Positions 29,485 to 40,388 of a stretch of 64,000 nucleotides of DNA are shown here, piece after piece. Numbering within the stretch: position 1 is the stretch's first letter; every line of letters begins with the position of its first letter. The translations under genes and the position numbers were made by a program. The notes beneath the pieces were generated by a model. It did no database searches. It worked only from the letters and a program-made list of their open reading frames with translations, and was not told the DNA's origin. This DNA is from a bacterium (GTDB lineage: Bacteria > Spirochaetota > Spirochaetia > Treponematales > UBA12059), in NCBI GenBank assembly GCA_035530295.1, contig DATKVB010000014.1, forward strand, positions 161,077-225,076, given 5' to 3'.

Positions 29485-31527
29485 CTAGATTCTGAATCCC
29501 TCTACCAGAAATTTTAGTCTATTGGCTATGTCAGCGTTCTTTCGCTCAATCTCCACCAAATTCGAAATTGCCCCCAATATCCGCTTACCTCCCTCTGTCT
29601 GTTCTTCCGTCGCCGAGACGATTTCCGAGAAGATATTGGTAATGTTGGCAACCTCGCTGCGAATGCCGAGGTTGCGATCCTTCTGTTCCAGTGCATTCTG
29701 TCTGATTGATTGAGTCTCATTGACCAAGTTGCCTATTGAATCCAGAATCTCTGTGGCAGCGACATTCTGTTCCGACATTGCATTCGCTATCTCTCTGATC
29801 AAGTTGATCGTTGATTGGACATCTTCTGAAATCTTCCCCAGGGAGTCACCGGCTTTTTCAGAGAGCTCTACGCCGTTCTTCACTGCATGGAGCATCTCGG
29901 TGATGTGTCCTCCAATCTCCTTAGCGCTATTGGAGCTGGACTCGGCGAGATTACGAATTTCTTCGGCTACTACTGCAAACCCTCGTCCTGCATCTCCAGC
30001 ATGAGCTGCTTCTATTGCAGCGTTCATAGCCAATAGATCAGTCTGTGCGGATATTTTCGAAATCACCGAGACTATATCGGCGACAATTTGACTGGAAGCC
30101 TCTACTTCCTGAATGGCTCGAATCGAGTCGTTCACTGAGTTGGCTCCATCTTGGGCCGCACTACCCAAACCTTGAGCCAGTTGGTCGGCACGAGATGTCG
30201 CTTGCGATACTGAATTGATGTTGGCCGCCATTTCATTGACCGCACTGGATGTCTGATTGACGAATGCCGCTTGGGAATCTACGCTTGCCGTGATGTTGTC
30301 CAGCGATGAGAATACCATCTGCAAATCTTCGCTCGCCTTTTTGACAACCGCCTGCTTGACTTTGACGCTTCTGCCCACCTGTTCGATGCTGGCTGCCATC
30401 TCTTCCGCCACTGACGACGTGCCTTCGATCTCCGTGCCAAGCTGAGATGATGTTTCTGCCATAACGAGCCCGGCGTTACGGACGTCAGTGAATGTCGTCT
30501 GGAGCCTGTTCAAGAGTTTATTCAAGGAGGCGGCTAAGTCTCCCACTTCATCATATTGGGTTATATCAACTCGACTGGTAAGATCCCCGGCTCCATCACC
30601 CATGGAGTCCACAATGCGTTTGGTATAGTTCACTTGGCGTACGGTCTCATCCGCCACAACCCGCTGCACAAAATACGCCATAACTAAAAGCATCATAGCC
30701 AAGACGGCCTGAATCTTCAATGAATTGTCGTTTTCGGTGTTCTCCTCCTTTTGTGTAAGATACGGAAACGCAACCGAGTCTGGTGAGACGTGCAGTATAT
30801 GAGCTCCCTCTTGGCTGAACTGTGTGGCCGCATTATTCAAGTCAATTTTCCCACCCACCATTAGTTCCAGATAGTGTGTGTATCGAACCTGTTTGTGTAT
30901 AATCCCTAAATTTTCATAAACAAAGTAAGTCATAATAAAGGAAGCAAGGAACATGGTCGTAAGTATGATTCGGCTGCGAAGCCCCATTTCTCGTTCTTTT
31001 GCCATATCAAAGCCATAGACACCCAATAACCTCCGTGGAGCCATGATGGTGCGGAGTGTCATTGACGAAAGGATCAGTGCTACCACGATCCCAAAATTGA
31101 TCTTGAGGAGCGCAGCCATCATGCCGGAAAAGGATAACAGGAATTCCGGTTCGGTAATAAGGAGAGCCGCACTCGGAAGTAGGTATGCAACGGTTGTTAC
31201 AAATATCGTGGTAGGACGAATTTTGCGGATTACCGCTGATGCTCTTGCTTGATCTTGCTTGCTCAGTTGTGTTCCCGATAAGGCAGTCATGAACACTTGA
31301 TGCAAGGGTCGGAGGAAGAGGTAGAAATAAATGGCGAGCGGAATCAGCGCAGGAACCAAGAAGAGGAAAGTAGCCCTCAATTCTCGAATCACAAGCGGCC
31401 TCACATCTGTGACATTCCATACGATGGCGGAATGGGCGATCTCAATGCCCGAGATCGCGAGCAATGATATAACCACGATGACAACCATTCGTAACGTTAC
31501 GGCGATTCGAAAGTCCCTGTATTCCAT
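29485..31527 (-). CDS. Methyl-accepting chemotaxis protein with multi-TM N-terminus
   Basis: About 6 TM segments, HAMP (DEVGDL), [27 protein letters not shown]; start MEYRDF after AGGAGAG. Confidence 0.9.
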   Translation of the reverse strand: MEYRDFRIAVTLRMVVIVVISLLAISGIEIAHSAIVWNVTDVRPLVIRELRATFLFLVPALIPLAIYFYLFLRPLHQVFMTALSGTQLSKQDQARASAVIRKIRPTTIFVTTVAYLLPSAALLITEPEFLLSFSGMMAALLKINFGIVVALILSSMTLRTIMAPRRLLGVYGFDMAKEREMGLRSRIILTTMFLASFIMTYFVYENLGIIHKQVRYTHYLELMVGGKIDLNNAATQFSQEGAHILHVSPDSVAFPYLTQKEENTENDNSLKIQAVLAMMLLVMAYFVQRVVADETVRQVNYTKRIVDSMGDGAGDLTSRVDITQYDEVGDLAASLNKLLNRLQTTFTDVRNAGLVMAETSSQLGTEIEGTSSVAEEMAASIEQVGRSVKVKQAVVKKASEDLQMVFSSLDNITASVDSQAAFVNQTSSAVNEMAANINSVSQATSRADQLAQGLGSAAQDGANSVNDSIRAIQEVEASSQIVADIVSVISKISAQTDLLAMNAAIEAAHAGDAGRGFAVVAEEIRNLAESSSNSAKEIGGHITEMLHAVKNGVELSEKAGDSLGKISEDVQSTINLIREIANAMSEQNVAATEILDSIGNLVNETQSIRQNALEQKDRNLGIRSEVANITNIFSEIVSATEEQTEGGKRILGAISNLVEIERKNADIANRLKFLVEGFRI

Positions 31528-31991
31528 CAATGCTCTCCTTGCCAATAATGTACAATCAGGCAATGATTCTCCAGTAACACACAGCTTGCATTAACCCTGA
31601 TGCATATAGCAGAGCCCATGCTGGCCATTGGGAGCTATGGATTTTTACAGACACTCGTGCCAGTGTCAAGTGCGGATGCTGGAATTGATTTCCGTGTCTG
31701 TGATCCTTTTGGAAATCCCAATGAGGTATGGAGCTAATCGTTTCATCGAAAGCACAAATCAATAAGAAAATAGCGACAAGGTCTTAACGAGGCCACAGCA
31801 GCGCAAGGGGTGAAGAGGATATCTGCATGTCGCATGTAAGATGGTTGCTTGAGTGACCTGAGTCGATCGCGATGCAGTCGATCGAACAATCGGCTAGACT
31901 CGGACATGCTGGCATTATATCAAACCGTCGTGCTAGTGTTGACGCTTGAGACGCATGGTTGCGCCGTCCAGCTTGATTCATGGAGATCAGC

Positions 31992-33116
31992 ATGGCCAAT
32001 ATATTTGACTATCTTGCCTGGAGGGGTGACATCACCCTCGCGCAGAGTCCATTCAACGCCGTCGACAGTCTGATCCTGAGCGTTCTGTCCTATCTGCCAT
32101 TCGATGACATGGTACGGTCCACCTTTGACAGGAAAGGCGTCACCATAGCCGAGGCTCAGGCTGCATTCGGCGCGCACGATGCGGCCAGCCTGTCGATACG
32201 TTCGGACGTCGATGTGCAGCTGCTTGCTGCCCTCGCGGCCTCCGCTCGGTTTGCCACCATGCGACTGACCGGATATGTGAGCGAACACAACGAGGCCAAG
32301 CAGGAGCAGTTCGCCGCGATGAGCATACGAACCGGTGATGGCGCCAATTACATTTCGTTCAGGGGTACCGACCATTCGCTGGTAGGCTGGAAAGAAGATT
32401 TCAACATGAGCTTCATGACGCCGGTGCCAGCCCAGCGCGACGCTGTATCGTACCTTGAACAGGCCGCGCGGCATCTCGGCGGGCCGCTCCGAGTGGGAGG
32501 GCATTCCAAAGGTGGTAACCTGGCTGTCTATTCTTCGGCCTTCTGCGGCCGGAAAATCCAGAAGAGAATCGTAAGCGTCTACAACAACGATGGTCCTGGA
32601 TTCGACGAATCGGTGATCGCGGCGCAGGGATTCAGGGATATAGAGGGCCGACTCTTTGCCTATGTGCCGCAATCATCGATAATCGGCATGCTCCTCGAAC
32701 ACACCGAGCAGTATGCCATTGTCCACAGCGTGCAGAAGGGCATCATGCAGCATGATCCATATTCCTGGAGCGTTCTGGGCAAGGAATTTGTCGTGATGGA
32801 CACAGTGACCAATACCAGCCTGTTTATCGACAAGACCGTCAAGCAGTGGATCAGCAGCATGCAGCCGTCCCAGCGTGCCCAGTTCATCAACGCGCTGTAC
32901 GAGATTCTGGCCGCGACCGATATCAAGGACATTACCGAGCCGCCCACAGACTGGTTCAAACGGGCGCGGGCGGCTGGCGAGGCACTACGAAGCATAGACA
33001 ACGAAACCAGAAAGGCACTTCTGGAAACGCTGCGGCTCCTGTTCCACGCGGCACGCAACAATCTGTCGACATACTTGCCGCCCCGCGGTGACCGTGCCGA
33101 CCCAGTCGACCGGTAA
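31992..33116 (+). CDS. DUF2974 (Mbeg1-like) alpha/beta hydrolase
   Basis: NIFDYLAWRGD, FRGTD..LVGWKEDF, GHSKGGNLA, DGPGF, HDPYSW. Confidence 0.85.
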   Translation: MANIFDYLAWRGDITLAQSPFNAVDSLILSVLSYLPFDDMVRSTFDRKGVTIAEAQAAFGAHDAASLSIRSDVDVQLLAALAASARFATMRLTGYVSEHNEAKQEQFAAMSIRTGDGANYISFRGTDHSLVGWKEDFNMSFMTPVPAQRDAVSYLEQAARHLGGPLRVGGHSKGGNLAVYSSAFCGRKIQKRIVSVYNNDGPGFDESVIAAQGFRDIEGRLFAYVPQSSIIGMLLEHTEQYAIVHSVQKGIMQHDPYSWSVLGKEFVVMDTVTNTSLFIDKTVKQWISSMQPSQRAQFINALYEILAATDIKDITEPPTDWFKRARAAGEALRSIDNETRKALLETLRLLFHAARNNLSTYLPPRGDRADPVDR

Positions 33117-33201
33117 CCCGGATGTGTGTCTCTGTCCGTCGCGACGTTGACGGCAGGCCTGTCGGAATATCGGCTATACCGACAAGCCCGCCATCACCAT
33201 G

Positions 33202-34680
33202 CTAGAGCCGTTTCAGCAGTTCCACCACAAACCGATACGACCGCGCCACTGACGCTATTTCAACCCGCTCATCGGGCGAGTGGGGGTAGCGAATGGTCGG
33301 CCCGAGCGATATTTGGTCCCACGAAGGGAATTTTGGCCGGAACAAGCCGGTCTCGAGTCCACCATGGGTCGAGCTGACCCTGGGGGCGGACCCGAACAGA
33401 GCGCTGTAGACTTCCTTGCACTGCTTCAAGAGGGGGCTGGCCGTGTTGGGGCTCCAGGCCGGCGATTCGGCCTGCCTCTTGTATGATACGCTCCAGCCCA
33501 TCGTCGTGGCCGATTCAAGTGACGATTCCAGCCGCATGCCCAGGGCTTCCTTGTCGGCATCGGAGGAACTCCTGACCAGGGTCATTGTCTTGAGGGTGAA
33601 CACATCGCCCGTTACCTCGCCTGACAGCGTGCCGAGATTCAGCGAGGTGCGAATGAGGTCGGGCATGTCTGGTTCCATCGCGATGAGACCGTTGGGCATG
33701 CCCAACAGGACCGAGAGTAGCGATCCCGCGCCCGCCCGACCGAGTATCCGGCGTGTCGGCTTTGCCGCCGCTGCGATGTGCACCACGAGTCCGGGGTCGG
33801 TGGCGGCGAGTTCGGCCTTGATTGCGGTGGCTTCCTTCTCTATCGCCGAGCGGAACGCTTTCTCCTCACCGGTGCCAATACCGATGATGGCCCGGGCTTC
33901 CCGAGGGATAGCGTTGGCCGCGGTACCGCCTGACATAGAGGCAAGCGAACATGGGATACCGCTCGCTGTGATCACGCGCGAGAGCACGAGTGTGGCGTTG
34001 GCTCGTCCCTTGTCTATATCGACGCCGGAATGCCCCCCAAGTAGTCCGCCTACGGTGACCTCGAACCAGGACTGGCCGATACCGACAGGTTCGGTCGGGT
34101 GAGACAGCTCCGCAGATGTCCGTATAGAACCGGCGCAGCCTATGGTCAGCTCGTTATCATCCTCGCCATCCAGATTGAGCAGAATTTTTCCGGAGAGCAC
34201 TCCGGGTTCGACGGCGCGCGCACCGCTCATGCCATCTTCCTCGTCTGTCGTAAAGAGGCACTCGAGCGGGCCGTGCACAATGCTGCTGTCCTCTAGGATG
34301 GCCAGAGCCATCGCGACGCCGATGCCGTTGTCGGCGCCGAGCGTAGTACCGGTAGCGGTGATCCAGGCGGGGTCGGCGGGATCGATGCGTGGCCTGATAG
34401 GGTCTTTGGCAAAGTCATGACCCAGAGAGCTGGCTGCCTGCGGCACCATGTCCAGGTGGGCCTGCAGAATTATGCCAGGAGCTCGTTCTTTGCCCGGGCT
34501 GGCGGATTTTCTGATGACGACATTGTGTGCGGCGTCTGTATGAGTTGACAGGCCCTTGCCCTGAGCCCAGGTAACGAGGGCGCTGGCCAGTGCTTCTTCG
34601 TGGTGTGATGGGTGGGGGATGGAGCAAATGGTCAGAAAATGCTTCCAGACATCCTGGGGTTCGAGCGTAGCGATATCCAT
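33202..34680 (-). CDS. pepD: Aminoacyl-histidine dipeptidase (M20C)
   Basis: LQAHLDMV, TTLGADNGIG, DEEDG, GGHSG, HGGLE, PHSPDE. Confidence 0.9.
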   Translation of the reverse strand: MDIATLEPQDVWKHFLTICSIPHPSHHEEALASALVTWAQGKGLSTHTDAAHNVVIRKSASPGKERAPGIILQAHLDMVPQAASSLGHDFAKDPIRPRIDPADPAWITATGTTLGADNGIGVAMALAILEDSSIVHGPLECLFTTDEEDGMSGARAVEPGVLSGKILLNLDGEDDNELTIGCAGSIRTSAELSHPTEPVGIGQSWFEVTVGGLLGGHSGVDIDKGRANATLVLSRVITASGIPCSLASMSGGTAANAIPREARAIIGIGTGEEKAFRSAIEKEATAIKAELAATDPGLVVHIAAAAKPTRRILGRAGAGSLLSVLLGMPNGLIAMEPDMPDLIRTSLNLGTLSGEVTGDVFTLKTMTLVRSSSDADKEALGMRLESSLESATTMGWSVSYKRQAESPAWSPNTASPLLKQCKEVYSALFGSAPRVSSTHGGLETGLFRPKFPSWDQISLGPTIRYPHSPDERVEIASVARSYRFVVELLKRL

Positions 34681-34867
34681 GGTAGTACTCCTTTTGAATA
34701 TCCTACCATGGAAATGCCGATGATGCGAGCCGATGGGCCGAGATGCTCTGGTCCATTACTGTCAATAGTTATAGCGAACGCCCTTACAAAGGCAGTGGCA
34801 CCATCATATAATAATATTATCGCGGATCGCAACGGTGCGATCGATCGGCGCATAGGAAAGGAGCGTT

Positions 34868-37021
34868 ATGATGAGGTTGGGATTGCGGGGCAAGATGCTC
34901 CTTGTCCTGGGAATGGTGCAGCTGCTCGGCCTTGGAAGCCTCGTAACGCTGGTGGGCATAAAGTCGGGTACCGCGTTGACGACCTTGTCGTACTATTCCA
35001 CCAATTATCTTGCGCGCAGTTATGCGGGTGATATAGAGCAACAGCTTGAAGTGGCCCAGACTATTGCCTCCAGTCTGTCCGCAAGCTTGCTGAGCCTCAG
35101 GGAGGCGGCGGTTCCCCGCGATGCGGCGACAGATCTAGTCAGCCGCTTTCTCGAGAAACACGCCAGCATCTTCTCGGCCTGGGTCATATTCGCACCGAAC
35201 GTCTACGATGGACTGGAGGCTCGCTTCGATCCGTATTGGAGCCGACAAAACGGCGAGCCCATTCTGACGACAGCCCTCGATGAGCAAGCTGCCGAACCAG
35301 AGGGTGCGTACTATACCGTTCCCATGTCCACTGGCAAGATCTTCTTTGGCGAACCGACAACGCGCACCATAGGGAACAAATCGACGCAGGTCATCTCCGT
35401 TGCTGCCCCAATAGAGAGCCGCGGAAAGATAATCGGTGTGGCGGGAGTGGATCTCGGTCTCGATCTCTTCCAGAAGGCAGTCAGTGCCATTAGACCATTC
35501 GAAGAGGGTCATGCCTTCCTTGTCTCCGGAAACGGCACCTTCCTGGCACATTACGATCAATCGTATGTAGGTAAGAGCCTTGAAGACGGATTCGGCAGCT
35601 TGACATCGGCTGACATCCGCAAGGCGATTGCTTCCGGGTCGGCATATTCCACGCTCATAACATCGAAAAGCGGGGACAAGGCATACGTGCTCTTTACGTC
35701 GGTTCGCCTCGGCGACAGCACCGGTTCCTGGAGCCTTGGCACAACGATCCCCATACGTGTCATGCTCGATGCGGTGCGCGGCTTGACCATAACGGTTGCC
35801 CTCATGAGCGCATCCGCGCTCATGATACTCGGTTTTGTACTCTGGTTCTTCCTCGGGGCAACACTACAGCCGCTCAAGGCCGCCGGTCGAGCCATACGCG
35901 ATATAGCCGAGGGGGATGCCGACCTCACCACCTCCATAGCCCTGCATCGCAATGACGAGATAGGTGATCTGGTAAAGGACTTCAATCGGTTCGTAGCCAA
36001 GCTGCGCGGAATCGTCACCAATCTCAAGCACTCCCAGAGTGAACTGGCCGCCATCGGTGACAGTCTGGCCGCGACATCGAGCGAGTCATCGAGCGCTACC
36101 TCGGAGATCCTGGCCAATGTGGACGGTGTTCGCAGGCAGACCGTGCACCAGATGGGCAGCGTTGACAACAGCTCGAGCGCGGTCGAGGAAGTTGCCAAGA
36201 ATATCGAGTCGCTCGACAGGCTCGTCGCCACGCAGGCGGCGGGAGTGGCCCAGGCCTCCTCCTCCATCGAGGAGATGATTGGGAACATCGGCTCGGTGAC
36301 GACATCAGTAGAGAAGATGGCCAAGAGATTCGAGGAGCTGCGCGAGTCATCCGGGCGGGGCCGGGAAAAGCAGGCCGCGGTCGACGCTCAGGCCAAGGAA
36401 ATATCAGGCCAGTCAGAATTGCTTATGGAAGCGAATACCGCCATATCCCAGATCGCCTCGCAGACCAACCTGCTCGCGATGAATGCCGCCATCGAAGCGG
36501 CCCACGCAGGTGAGGCGGGCAAGGGGTTCTCCGTGGTTGCGGATGAGATCAGGCATCTTGCCGAAACATCGGCAGAACAATCGCGCACCATTGGCGCCGA
36601 ACTCGGCAAGATCAAGGGCACGATTGAGTCGATCGTGGGCGCCTCCGAGGAATCGGGGGTGGCCTTCGGAGAAGTCGCCGACGGCATCGAGTCGGTCAGC
36701 GCCCTCGTCGGCGAGATAGAACGAGCCATGCTCGAGCAGAAGCTTGGTTCACGCCAGATATTGGAGGCGCTCGGCGACATGAACGGTGTCACGAGCGAGG
36801 TGCATGCTGGAGCGCGCGAGATGACGGCTGGAAACGCGCAGGTTCTCGAGGCGATGCGCGAGCTTACCGAGGTGTCGCAGAACATCGCGGGCAGCATGGA
36901 TGAGATGACGATGGGCGCCCAGGAGATAGGCAAATCGGCGCAGGAGGTAGCCGATGTCGCCGTGAGGACCCGCGACAGCATCCAGGGAATGGAAGCCGAG
37001 ATTGGTCGGTTCAAGATATAA
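34868..37021 (+). CDS. Methyl-accepting chemotaxis protein with dCache domain
   Basis: TM, YY..P...G...FGEP...GVAGVD (Cache), [29 protein letters not shown]. Confidence 0.92.
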   Translation: MMRLGLRGKMLLVLGMVQLLGLGSLVTLVGIKSGTALTTLSYYSTNYLARSYAGDIEQQLEVAQTIASSLSASLLSLREAAVPRDAATDLVSRFLEKHASIFSAWVIFAPNVYDGLEARFDPYWSRQNGEPILTTALDEQAAEPEGAYYTVPMSTGKIFFGEPTTRTIGNKSTQVISVAAPIESRGKIIGVAGVDLGLDLFQKAVSAIRPFEEGHAFLVSGNGTFLAHYDQSYVGKSLEDGFGSLTSADIRKAIASGSAYSTLITSKSGDKAYVLFTSVRLGDSTGSWSLGTTIPIRVMLDAVRGLTITVALMSASALMILGFVLWFFLGATLQPLKAAGRAIRDIAEGDADLTTSIALHRNDEIGDLVKDFNRFVAKLRGIVTNLKHSQSELAAIGDSLAATSSESSSATSEILANVDGVRRQTVHQMGSVDNSSSAVEEVAKNIESLDRLVATQAAGVAQASSSIEEMIGNIGSVTTSVEKMAKRFEELRESSGRGREKQAAVDAQAKEISGQSELLMEANTAISQIASQTNLLAMNAAIEAAHAGEAGKGFSVVADEIRHLAETSAEQSRTIGAELGKIKGTIESIVGASEESGVAFGEVADGIESVSALVGEIERAMLEQKLGSRQILEALGDMNGVTSEVHAGAREMTAGNAQVLEAMRELTEVSQNIAGSMDEMTMGAQEIGKSAQEVADVAVRTRDSIQGMEAEIGRFKI

Positions 37022-37098
37022 CCGCTGAATTGATGTCGCTTTCGTGCTCTATCTGGACTACAATTGACTGATCAGGAGTCGGATCGCGGGAGGATAGC

Positions 37099-38010
37099 AT
37101 GGGAGACAAGAGTGCCATCGGCAAGAGTGAGTATCTGGACGAACTCGACAGGTTGACAATAGAACTGGTCAAGCTCCAGGAGTGGGTCAAGGCCAAGGGG
37201 CTCCGCGTCGTCGTGATATTCGAGGGCCGAGACGCCGCCGGCAAGGGGGGAGTCATCAAGGCCATCACCGCGGGCCTCAATCCCCGCTTCGCCCGCATTG
37301 TCGCTCTGGCCGCTCCAACCGAGAAGGAGAAGACCCAGTGGTACTTCCAGCGTTATGTTGCGCAGCTACCCTCGGGCGGCGAGATGGTCTTCTTTGACCG
37401 CAGCTGGTACAACCGCGCCGGTGTCGAGAAGGTGATGGGTTTCTGCACCGATGACGAATACAATGAATTCGCGCGGACTGTGCCCGAGTTCGAACGCATG
37501 CTGGGCCGGGCGGGCATAATCCTCATCAAGTACTGGTTCAGCGTCAGCGACGAGGCCCAGGAGCAGAGATTCATCGACAGGCTCGAGGATCCCGCCAAGC
37601 GCTGGAAGCTGTCTCCCATGGACATGGCTGCGAGGAGCAAGTGGGTCGACTATTCAAGGGCCAAGGATGCCATGTTCGAGTTTTCCGATACCTTTGACAA
37701 CCCATGGCACGTCGTCGACGCCGACGACAAGTATTGTGCCCGACTCAATGTGATAGCGCACCTGCTCGCCCGCATTCCCTACAAGGACCTGACGCCAGAA
37801 CCCATAGAGCTGCCTCCCCGTCAGAAGGCGGGAAAGTATGTGCGGCCTCCCATAGACAGCCAGAAATGGATACCGCGGGTCTACCCGCACCATGAGGATC
37901 TGCCAGAGGGAGAATCCAGTGATGTGATTACTGCCGAGGTCGAACCCATGAAGAAGGGCGGGAAAAGGAAGAATGGCAAGAAGGACCGGAAGAAGGACAA
38001 GAAGAAGTAG
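37099..38010 (+). CDS. ppk2: Polyphosphate kinase 2
   Basis: FEGRDAAGKGG, WYFQRY, FDRSWYNRAGVE, WKLSPMD; Lys-rich C-terminal tail. Confidence 0.94.
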   Translation: MGDKSAIGKSEYLDELDRLTIELVKLQEWVKAKGLRVVVIFEGRDAAGKGGVIKAITAGLNPRFARIVALAAPTEKEKTQWYFQRYVAQLPSGGEMVFFDRSWYNRAGVEKVMGFCTDDEYNEFARTVPEFERMLGRAGIILIKYWFSVSDEAQEQRFIDRLEDPAKRWKLSPMDMAARSKWVDYSRAKDAMFEFSDTFDNPWHVVDADDKYCARLNVIAHLLARIPYKDLTPEPIELPPRQKAGKYVRPPIDSQKWIPRVYPHHEDLPEGESSDVITAEVEPMKKGGKRKNGKKDRKKDKKK

Positions 38011-38105
38011 GACAGGGAGCTCTCTGCACTTGCTATCGACAGGCAAGGTAAGAATGGTCGATACTTGAGCTATCACCCACTCCTGAACCAAGCAGGCAAA
38101 GCCCA

Positions 38106-40388
38106 ATGTACTCAGCCCTTCCGGAACGTATTGCATTTCTGGGGGGATTCCTCCCCCGTCTCTGCGGCATCGCGACTTTTACCCATGACCTGTGCGAGGC
38201 CATAGCGCTATCTTCACCTTCTTCAAATTGCTTTGCATGTGCCGTCAATGATCGCCCCGAAGCCTATGACTACCCACCCCGTGTCCGCTTTGAGCTGGAT
38301 GAGAAGGATATTGACTCGTACCGGCGTGCCGCTGATTTCCTCAATTTCAATAACGCCGATGTCCTGTGCATACAGCATGAGTTTGGCATCTACGGCGGGC
38401 CCGCAGGTAGTCACATCGTTTCGCTGCTCAAAGAAGTCCGCATGCCTGTTGTCACCACATTGCATACGATTCTGAGCTCGCCCAATCCGGCACAGCGGAC
38501 AGTGATGAAGGAACTTGTCGCTCGAAGTGACCGCCTGGTGGTGATGGCCAGAAAGGGCGCGGAGATCCTGCGGGACACGTATGGTGTGCCCGATACCAAG
38601 GTGGATATCATCGCCCATGGAATCCCGGACATGCCCTTTCTTGATTCCAGCGTCTACAAGACCCAATTCGGTGTCGATGGTCGCAAAGTCCTCCTGACGT
38701 TCGGCCTGCTGGGGCCCGGCAAGGGGATCGAGTATGCCATCAAGGCATTGCCCGAGATTGTTGCCAGACAACCCGACGTGGTCTACCTTATATTGGGTGC
38801 TACCCATCCCCACCTCGTGGCACACGAAGGCGAGGCATACCGCCTTGGGCTCGAACGGCTTGCAGAGGATCTGGGCGTCAAGGATCATGTCATCTTCTAC
38901 AACCGCTTCGTATCAATCGATGATCTCAAGGAGTTCATCGGGGCGACCGACATCTACCTGACTCCATATCTAAATGAAGCACAAATAACCTCCGGAACGC
39001 TTGCGTATGTGTTCGGCGCGGGCAAGGCCGTAGTCTCAACGCCATACTGGCATGCACAGGAATTGCTCGCCGATGGTCACGGTACACTGGTACCGTTCCG
39101 GGATGCCCATGCGATAGCGCAGGGCGTCTGCGCATATCTCGAAGACGCGGCGCTGTTGGCAAGGACACGCGAGCAATCCTGGTCGCTGGGTAGGCAGATG
39201 ATATGGCCTGCGGCGGCGACACAATACATCGAATCATTCCAGCATGCGCGGGCCGACAGGAAGGCTTCTCCTCGAAGGGCATTTGCGGCATGGACATTGG
39301 CAAGCCGGCCATACGAGTTGCCGTCATTGCGGCTTGACCATGTCATACGCATGAGCGATCGAACCGGCATCTTTCAGCATGCGATGTTCAATGTGCCGAA
39401 TTTCGAGGAGGGCTATTGCACCGACGACAATGCGCGTGCCTTCATACTCTGCTGTCTTCTCGATGAGATAAGCGGGGTGCCAGCGGAAGAAAACCTCGAT
39501 AGGCTCGCGACGAGCTATCTGGCCTTCCTTGCCGCGGCGTTCAACCAATCGACCCTCCATTTCCGTAACTTCATGAGTTACGGCCGTGAGTGGCTGGAAG
39601 CTTCAGGAAGCGAAGACAGCCACGCGAGGGCCCTGTGGGCCCTGGGCACAGGTGCAGGGCGCTCGCATAACGACGGACACCGCAAGCTTTCGGCCCGCCT
39701 GTTTTACCTGGGATTATCGGTTGCGGAATCATTCTCATCTCCGCGCGCATGGGCATTTACCATGCTCGGTCTGCATGAGTTCTTGCAGCGCTTCCCGGAG
39801 GATGCAAGAATAATTGCGGCGATGGAAGTGCTTGGCGGCAAGCTCATGCGGCTTTGGAAAGCGTTTGCCACGGATGAATGGCCCTGGTTCGAACCGGTCG
39901 CCACCTATGACAACCCGAGGCTCTGCCAGGCGCTGTTCCTGTATGGGGTTGAGTGTCATCGGCCGGAAGCGATCGATATAGGATTGTCGTCCCTTCGCTG
40001 GCTCGCATCCCTGCAGAGAACACAAGCCGGCAACTTCAGGCCAATAGGCAGTAACGGATTCTACCAAAAGGGAGGCGCGCGCGCCGATTTCGACCAGCAA
40101 CCCGTCGAAGCTCAGGCCATGGTATCCGCATGCCTTGAAGCGTTCCGAATCACCGGCGACGCGACATGGTTCCAGGAAGCCAAGCGCGCCTTCGAGTGGT
40201 TTCTCGGGCGCAACGACCTCGGCTTGCCATTGTACGATTCTGGAAGCGGAGGTTGCAGTGATGGATTGCACAAAGACAGAGTCAACGAAAACCAGGGAGC
40301 CGAATCAACCCTGGCCTTCCACCTTTCGCTGGCGGAGATGAATCTTGCGCAACACGTGGTACCTCCTCTTTCCGGTGTCCTGCCATGA
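38106..40388 (+). CDS. GT4 glycosyltransferase fused to a C-terminal six-hairpin glycosidase-like domain
   Basis: PRLCGIATF, QHEFGIYGG, KGIE, QITSGTL; C-terminal GIFQHA, GYCTDDNARA, FDQQP, NQGAEST. Confidence 0.85.
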   Translation: MYSALPERIAFLGGFLPRLCGIATFTHDLCEAIALSSPSSNCFACAVNDRPEAYDYPPRVRFELDEKDIDSYRRAADFLNFNNADVLCIQHEFGIYGGPAGSHIVSLLKEVRMPVVTTLHTILSSPNPAQRTVMKELVARSDRLVVMARKGAEILRDTYGVPDTKVDIIAHGIPDMPFLDSSVYKTQFGVDGRKVLLTFGLLGPGKGIEYAIKALPEIVARQPDVVYLILGATHPHLVAHEGEAYRLGLERLAEDLGVKDHVIFYNRFVSIDDLKEFIGATDIYLTPYLNEAQITSGTLAYVFGAGKAVVSTPYWHAQELLADGHGTLVPFRDAHAIAQGVCAYLEDAALLARTREQSWSLGRQMIWPAAATQYIESFQHARADRKASPRRAFAAWTLASRPYELPSLRLDHVIRMSDRTGIFQHAMFNVPNFEEGYCTDDNARAFILCCLLDEISGVPAEENLDRLATSYLAFLAAAFNQSTLHFRNFMSYGREWLEASGSEDSHARALWALGTGAGRSHNDGHRKLSARLFYLGLSVAESFSSPRAWAFTMLGLHEFLQRFPEDARIIAAMEVLGGKLMRLWKAFATDEWPWFEPVATYDNPRLCQALFLYGVECHRPEAIDIGLSSLRWLASLQRTQAGNFRPIGSNGFYQKGGARADFDQQPVEAQAMVSACLEAFRITGDATWFQEAKRAFEWFLGRNDLGLPLYDSGSGGCSDGLHKDRVNENQGAESTLAFHLSLAEMNLAQHVVPPLSGVLP

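Noticed and set aside
31564-31980. c-di-GMP riboswitch or sigma54 promoter upstream of the MCP
   Set aside because: No GEMM GGCAAA/GCAAA architecture. TGGCAC is not followed by TTGC at the -12 position.
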